NCBI GenBank assembly: GCA_001029735.1 | Contig: CP011213.1 | Span: forward strand, 204,087 to 268,086 | Direction: 5' to 3' | DNA: 64,000 bases | Source of the DNA: Berkelbacteria bacterium GW2011_GWE1_39_12 | Lineage (GTDB): Bacteria > Patescibacteriota > UBA1384 > UBA12157 | In this document: positions 59,088 through 64,000 of the stretch, piece after piece | Numbering within the stretch: position 1 is the stretch's first letter | Layout of the letters: every line of letters starts with the position of its first letter | Notes under the pieces: model-generated | Database searches by the model: none | Seen by the model: the letters and a program-made list of their open reading frames with translations, nothing else | What the model was told of the DNA's origin: nothing | Made by a program: the position numbers and the translations under genes

Positions 59088-59170
59088 TTGTCGCGGAATT
59101 TTCCTGGAAAGGAAAATATGGACAAAAATGATTGTCGCGGAATTTTCCTTGAAAGGAAAATATGGACAAA
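59088..59170 (+). repeat. 44-bp tandem duplication of the motif, RBS and start-codon region of the PaaX-like gene
   Basis: TTGTCGCGGAATTTTCCTgGAAAGGAAAATATGGACAAA (59088-59126) and TTGTCGCGGAATTTTCCTtGAAAGGAAAATATGGACAAA (59132-59170). The first ATG opens a 25-codon out-of-frame uORF. Confidence 0.85.
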
Positions 59171-59893
59171 CCACTTGATTTCAAATTATTAACTTATATC
59201 GGCTATAACCTAAAGCACAAGCATGTCTTTTCATATTTAGAGGCGCAAAAAGTTTTAGATGAAGTTTTTGGTGAAAAATACGAGCTAACAACTTTGCGCA
59301 AAGAGTTTTCAATTCTCAAGAAAAAAGAACTGATTACTTTTGCTACACATTATCGCAAACCATATCCAATTTTAACCAGTCAAGGAAAGATGGCAATTAA
59401 AACCGTTTTGCCATTTAAAAAATATGGGACATGGGATAAAAAATGGCGCGTGGTAATTTTTGATATTCCAGAAAAAGATCGTGCCATGAGAGTAAAACTA
59501 ACTGAAAAGCTGGAATCACTCGGCTTCGGTCAAATTAAAAATAGTACTTATATTTCTCCCCATTTGCTGCTTAGCCCAATTTCGCGCTATGCGACAAATT
59601 TAGGTATTCGAAAATATCTGAGTTTGATGACGGTGGATAATCTCCAAGATGAAGAAAAGATCGTTAAAGAATCTTGGAAATTAACCAATATTAACCGTCG
59701 CTATGAACATTTTCTGGTTAGTGCCATGAAAAAACAGGTCGAAGAATATTGGCCGCTTTATGCCAAAAAATTAGAGCATCAATTCGCCGATATTTATAGA
59801 ATCGATCCCCAACTCCCTGAGGAATTTCTACCGACTGAGTATTTGGGCACTGACGCTTACAAAAAATTTAAAGAAATTTCGAACTCATATTGA
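59162..59893 (+). CDS. PaaX-like winged-helix transcriptional regulator
   Basis: WDKKWRVVIFDIPEKDRAMRVKLTEKLESLGFGQIKNSTYISP resembles the PaaX central/C-terminal pattern. Confidence 0.4.
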   Translation: MDKPLDFKLLTYIGYNLKHKHVFSYLEAQKVLDEVFGEKYELTTLRKEFSILKKKELITFATHYRKPYPILTSQGKMAIKTVLPFKKYGTWDKKWRVVIFDIPEKDRAMRVKLTEKLESLGFGQIKNSTYISPHLLLSPISRYATNLGIRKYLSLMTVDNLQDEEKIVKESWKLTNINRRYEHFLVSAMKKQVEEYWPLYAKKLEHQFADIYRIDPQLPEEFLPTEYLGTDAYKKFKEISNSY

Positions 59894-59937
59894 TTCACGT
59901 CCTAAATAATTAAAAAACCCGGGGTGGTTACCGGGTG

Positions 59938-60261
59938 TTAGGTTTCTGGTTCGTTCAGTTTGTTCCGAATATCATTTCTTCGTTTTATGGACGAAGCATG
60001 AACCTCGGACAGAATTTGCATGGTTAGCTCCAGCAGATAGACTTCATCAACTCCTGCTGCAACAGCAAGAGTCACGACACGGTTTACAAAAGCATGCGTC
60101 AATTTGGTACGATGTGCTTTATTTTTGACGTTATCATCGTCATGTCTTTTGCTCATCGCCGCTATCGCAGCAGCGACTGCATCTGCAACACCCTTTATGC
60201 CCAAATCTTCAAGCGCTTGATTGCCCTTCTCTAATTCTGCTTCTTTCTCAGCACTGTTCAT
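59938..60261 (-). CDS. hypothetical Ala-rich small protein
   Basis: No motif. Confidence 0.25.
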   Translation of the reverse strand: MNSAEKEAELEKGNQALEDLGIKGVADAVAAAIAAMSKRHDDDNVKNKAHRTKLTHAFVNRVVTLAVAAGVDEVYLLELTMQILSEVHASSIKRRNDIRNKLNEPET

Positions 60262-60304
60262 ATGACACCTCCTTGACCTTAAAATTCTACTCTTTTTTCC
60301 TTAA

Positions 60305-60357
60305 TTGTCAAGATAAAGGCTTGATATCTTGACAAAACGCTACAATTGGTGCATAAT
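60305..60357. promoter_or_regulatory. palindromic divergent promoter region: TTGTCAAGATA-N9-TATCTTGACAA with flanking -10 boxes on both strands
   Basis: Plus strand: TTGACA(60329-60334)-17 nt-CATAAT(60352-60357) for the greA-like gene. Minus strand: TTGACA (RC of 60306-60311)-16 nt-TAGAAT (RC of 60284-60289) for 59938-60261. Confidence 0.5.
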
Positions 60358-60409
60358 AGCGGCGTCGGATCCCGACATTCCCAAAACTGACTAACACGGA
60401 GGTACGCAG

Positions 60410-60913
60410 ATGATCACAGAAAGAATTCCGACACATGGGACCATCCCGATCACGAAGGCAGCCCTAGAAGAGTTGAAAGTTCAACTTGAAGAAGCGAGAA
60501 TTAAGCGCAGAGAAAAGCGCGACGATTTGGAATACGCTGGCGTCCGACAGGCAGATGCGCTTGATGAACAAAACGCCCACCAAACGGCGTTTGAGAAGTG
60601 CATGCTTGAAGACAGAGTAAATCTAATCAGAATCATTCTGAACAATGTCAGCTTCGAATTCATCGACGATATGACAATCGATGAGACCAAGGTCGGCATC
60701 GGAACAATCGTAAGGCTCTTCGACATTGAGGCCAAAGAGCATCTTGACATCACATTCCTAGGGCCAATTGAAGCAGATACCGATCTGGATATCTATAACT
60801 TTGATCCCAAAGAAGTGCCAATGGCCATGGCCAGCAACGGCCTAGGTGAAGGTGATCGCTTCACCTGTAATAATCTCGAGTACGAGATTCTCGAGATCAA
60901 GCGCTGGAAATAA
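60410..60913 (+). CDS. GreA/GreB family transcription elongation factor-like protein
   Basis: N-terminal coiled coil and C-terminal FKBP-like segment (VGIGTIVRLFD...GDRF...YEILEI). GC-richer. Terminator at 60937-60962. Confidence 0.6.
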   Translation: MITERIPTHGTIPITKAALEELKVQLEEARIKRREKRDDLEYAGVRQADALDEQNAHQTAFEKCMLEDRVNLIRIILNNVSFEFIDDMTIDETKVGIGTIVRLFDIEAKEHLDITFLGPIEADTDLDIYNFDPKEVPMAMASNGLGEGDRFTCNNLEYEILEIKRWK

Positions 60914-61004
60914 TCCGGCGCACATCAACTTAGTTAAACCCGCCACTCGGCGGGTTTTTTAGTACATTTAAAAACCCCGCAACGTAAATTGCGAGGTGAA
61001 CCTC

Positions 61005-62594
61005 CTATTTATCAAAATAATACAGACTAAAGCAGGATTGCGAAATTCCATCCATAGATAACAAATAGCTGTCTGGATTACCTAAGTAACTTGGCACGCG
61101 TTCCATCTTAATTATCATGTCTGCATACGCAAAGTGGCAAAAATATCCCTTACTGAGATCAAAAGTGTTCGAATTGATCATATATCTATTCAGTTTAAAC
61201 TTACGTCTAGTTGTCTTATAAAGAGGACAATCAGACGAGCCGCTTCTAATCAACACATAAGTGGATTGCTTGATATACCAGACCACTGCAACTTTATTGT
61301 CTTCCCCGTAACGGAAAAAGCCGTAGGGCTTAGTCTTTAGTATCTCAGGCGGAACGATTTGATTGACCTTCAAAACCTTATCGAGCTTCTTTTCGTCGTA
61401 CGCAGCTTTAATCGAAACAAAACGAACCGTATTGTATGTCTTTTTCCAATCAACCACCTGTCTGCAAGGCGAAAAATGGACATGGGCATCGCATTCTTCT
61501 ACCGGCTTCATGCTATAAAAATAATGCGGCGAAGTCTTATTCAGTTTCTTTTTACTATAGTCACCAGCTGGAATATCACGGAACAATCTTACATCGCCCA
61601 AAATACTTTCGATCTCGCTGCGCGTTTTGCCCAATAGAATCTGAGGACCGGTGAAGTTATTTTGAAAAAGCGTGTCCTGCTTAGTAACAAACCATTTGTC
61701 TTTATCCATCCAATTGTCGATTGTGTCATAAACCTCTTGGTGAGCTTTGATATAATCGTGGTTCAAATTGAGTTGAGCCTTCTTGAATGAGTGGCAAACC
61801 TCCTTCAAATCATAGCCTGCGGAGGCCGCATCGACCAGCCCGTCATGAACCGAAAACGTTTTATCCTGCAGTTTTTTCAATATCACTGCAAGCGCTCCTG
61901 ATCGGCTGCGGCAAAACTTTTCCGGACGGTCTGATCGTAACCCGACAATCGAATAATAATCGCAGGGTACTTTCGGTTTTTGAGTATTGGTCAAGTTAAG
62001 CATCACCATGAAAAGACCGGCTGGATCCATGTCGCCGATTTCTATCGGCAGTTTACCCATCACAGTTTTGAAAAGATCAATTTCAGGCGCGCTAAAACCA
62101 TGATGAGGCGTTCCCATGGTTACCAGATGGCTGACTTTGTCGGCAATACCTTTGGTTCCTAAGAGAACCTTGGGGTATTCGATTGCGGTCCGAGCTACCA
62201 GTCCGCCCATGCTGTGAGCAAAAATATCGATTTTTTCTCCTTTCGAACATTTCGCATTCACGATATCCGCCAGTGCTGCCGCAGTATCTAATATATGATA
62301 GCCTGCAGGATATTCGACTGCATAAACAACCTTGTATTTCCGACTTAAATGTGTTCCTAAAGCTGTCAGATTTTTACGACTATCGCCGTGACTTAACATC
62401 GGCAAGCCGTGCACCAGTAGGGCGATTTTGCTACCCGACGGCCATTTCGCATCGTCGCTGATCCACGGGTCGATCGTTTTAATATCATTGTTTTGATATC
62501 GATAGAGAGTAATGTTTGGTGCTGCCATCGCAGCTCCGGAGAAAATCAAAAACAGAACTGCAAAGACCAGTGTTGGCTTTTGTAAAGAATTCAC
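61005..62594 (-). CDS. secreted alpha/beta-hydrolase (lipase/esterase-like) with large C-terminal domain
   Basis: Signal peptide and nucleophile elbow DIFAHSMGGLVAR. Confidence 0.55.
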   Translation of the reverse strand: MNSLQKPTLVFAVLFLIFSGAAMAAPNITLYRYQNNDIKTIDPWISDDAKWPSGSKIALLVHGLPMLSHGDSRKNLTALGTHLSRKYKVVYAVEYPAGYHILDTAAALADIVNAKCSKGEKIDIFAHSMGGLVARTAIEYPKVLLGTKGIADKVSHLVTMGTPHHGFSAPEIDLFKTVMGKLPIEIGDMDPAGLFMVMLNLTNTQKPKVPCDYYSIVGLRSDRPEKFCRSRSGALAVILKKLQDKTFSVHDGLVDAASAGYDLKEVCHSFKKAQLNLNHDYIKAHQEVYDTIDNWMDKDKWFVTKQDTLFQNNFTGPQILLGKTRSEIESILGDVRLFRDIPAGDYSKKKLNKTSPHYFYSMKPVEECDAHVHFSPCRQVVDWKKTYNTVRFVSIKAAYDEKKLDKVLKVNQIVPPEILKTKPYGFFRYGEDNKVAVVWYIKQSTYVLIRSGSSDCPLYKTTRRKFKLNRYMINSNTFDLSKGYFCHFAYADMIIKMERVPSYLGNPDSYLLSMDGISQSCFSLYYFDK

Positions 62595-62717
62595 TTCGTC
62601 CTCCCAATTTGTTTAGGTACGTACTTTCGAGATCATTTTAACTCATCAGTTAATGATAGTCAATTGTTTTACCATACAAAAAAGAGCCCTGAGGCTCTCT
62701 TTTGTATTTTATCTTTT

Positions 62718-63626
62718 CTATCGATGGGTGATTATATATTTCCAAGCGGACAGCGCGGCTGTTGCGCCCTGACCGGAAGCAATTATGCATTGCTTATACA
62801 AACCGTTTGTCACATCGCCTGCCGCATAGATTCCTTCTACCAAGGTCGCCATATTTTGGTCGACTTCAATCTCTTTGATTTCGTTCAATTTAACTAGATC
62901 TTTAACCATATCTGTTGCCGGCTGCCAACCAATTTCAATAAATACACCATCGCAAGCAATTTCCTTTACTTCGCTGGTTTTGGTGTCCTGATATTTTAGA
63001 CTTTTTACAAACTTGTCGCCCAAAATTTCGGTTGTTTTAGCATTATTGATAAGCTCACTTTTTTCTGACTGATCGAATCTGTCTTTTAAAATCTCGTCAC
63101 CTTGTAGATCTTCATTCAAGTTTAAAATGTAAACTTTTTTGGCATATTTTTCCATTTCTAAAGCCGCATCAAGCGCAGAGTTTCCACCACCTAAAACTAC
63201 GACGGTTTTATCGTGAAAAAGCGGCCCATCGCATGTTGCACAATAGCCCACACCTTTACCGGCAAATTCTTCTTCACCAGGAACACCAAGTTTACGAGGA
63301 GTCTTACCGGAAGCTAAGATGAGGGATTTGGCTTGAAATGTTTCTTCATTTTGCACTATCTCAAACCCATTCTCTATCTTGCGAACCTCTTTCACTTCGC
63401 CCATTTTAATTTCAACCCCGAGATTTTTGACCTGAGTCTGAAATTTATCACAAAGTTCGGCGCCGGAAATACTTTCAAATCCAAGATAGTTCTCAATATT
63501 ACCAGATTTAGCGATTTGTCCACCAAGATCATTTGATAAAATTAAAATATTCATTTTTTTGCGCGCCAAATAAATTGCAGCTGAATAACCTGCGGCTCCA
63601 GCGCCAATTATAATCACATCTATCAT
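62718..63626 (-). CDS. trxB: thioredoxin-disulfide reductase
   Basis: FAD motif IIIGAGAAGYSAAIY and redox CATC (GVGYCATCDGPLF). Confidence 0.85.
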   Translation of the reverse strand: MIDVIIIGAGAAGYSAAIYLARKKMNILILSNDLGGQIAKSGNIENYLGFESISGAELCDKFQTQVKNLGVEIKMGEVKEVRKIENGFEIVQNEETFQAKSLILASGKTPRKLGVPGEEEFAGKGVGYCATCDGPLFHDKTVVVLGGGNSALDAALEMEKYAKKVYILNLNEDLQGDEILKDRFDQSEKSELINNAKTTEILGDKFVKSLKYQDTKTSEVKEIACDGVFIEIGWQPATDMVKDLVKLNEIKEIEVDQNMATLVEGIYAAGDVTNGLYKQCIIASGQGATAALSAWKYIITHR

Positions 63627-63637
63627 TTTATCACTCC

Positions 63638-63841
63638 TTATTTTTTATTTAATTCTTCGAGCAAAGAATCTAAATCAACGCCATGATGGTCAGCTGCATC
63701 TTTTAAAGATTCAATTTGGCTCATCGGACACCCAAAACAAGTGGCCTTTAGTTTTTTAGCCATTATTTCTGCCTTTTCTGGATGACTCTCCAAAACCGAA
63801 CCGATCGTATCATCGGCCGTAATTTTTTTATCGTTTTCCAT
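63638..63841 (-). CDS. DUF1858-like small redox-associated protein
   Basis: TCFGCPMSQ...LKDAADHHGVDLDSLLEELN resembles the DUF1858 pattern. Confidence 0.45.
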   Translation of the reverse strand: MENDKKITADDTIGSVLESHPEKAEIMAKKLKATCFGCPMSQIESLKDAADHHGVDLDSLLEELNKK

Positions 63842-63850
63842 TATATTCCT

Positions 63851-64000
63851 TTAATTAGTTTGGGGTTCTTTTTCTACCCAAGAAATAGCATGGGCTGGGC
63901 AATTATCAACCGCTTCCTGGCAATTACAATTAGCACATGCACTACCATCCTTAACAAAGCTTTTGCCGTCATCACCGAGCTGAAAAACATCTGCACAAGT
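63851..64000 (-). CDS. ferredoxin-like 4Fe-4S protein (N-terminus beyond the window end)
   Basis: Minus-strand translation ...SACANCNCQEAVDNCPAHAISW... contains a Cys cluster typical of a ferredoxin. Confidence 0.45.
   Translation of the reverse strand, partial: TCADVFQLGDDGKSFVKDGSACANCNCQEAVDNCPAHAISWVEKEPQTN

Noticed and set aside
1-64000. tRNA/rRNA genes
   Set aside because: No T-loop GTTCGA(A/T)TCC-type sequences or rRNA-like conserved stretches were found in any intergenic region by eye.

Overview
This is an AT-rich (about 35-38% GC by eye), gene-dense bacterial window, mostly minus-strand housekeeping genes with small K/I/N-rich proteins. Recognisable genes include rplI, ctpA-like S41 peptidase, mnmA, folD, iscU/nifS, tatD, metG, an Nramp transporter, rsmA, pcrA, dnaB, dnaX, an archaeal-type aspS/asnS, tyrS, argS and trxB. 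A complete plus-strand type IV pilus/competence-like locus (pilB-pilC-pilins-pilM-pilN-pilO) lies at 31.0-39.1 kb, followed by two receiver-domain proteins. No tRNA, rRNA, CRISPR array or transposase gene was found. The most unusual observations are: (1) the last 12 codons of dnaB occur three times in tandem at 27059-27220, differing only at synonymous sites. They sit beside a GC-richer island at 24.6-27.0 kb that carries an unknown R/E-rich protein, an alternative sigma factor and a terminator-delimited non-coding transcript. This looks like serial integration scars at the dnaB 3' end, or peptide-coding mini-ORFs. (2) A HU/IHF-like DNA-binding domain is fused in frame to the N-terminus of the PilB/GspE pilus ATPase. 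(3) A CGCGGAA(A)TTT motif with an A/T hairpin recurs at 12 or more sites, mostly 14-70 nt upstream of start codons. Three of these share the near-identical core GGAAATTTG-N5-CAAATTATA (two continue ...ATAAT, the metG copy ...ATACTAT). (4) A paralogous family of membrane-anchored surface proteins shares a near-identical 115-bp 5' cassette. (5) The 9-10 kb block around argS (M20 peptidases, dipeptide epimerase, GNATs, PLP enzyme) is GC-richer. (6) There are several tandem or palindromic regulatory duplications. Coordinates may be off by 1 nt in places. All protein calls rest on by-eye motif recognition, not database searches.
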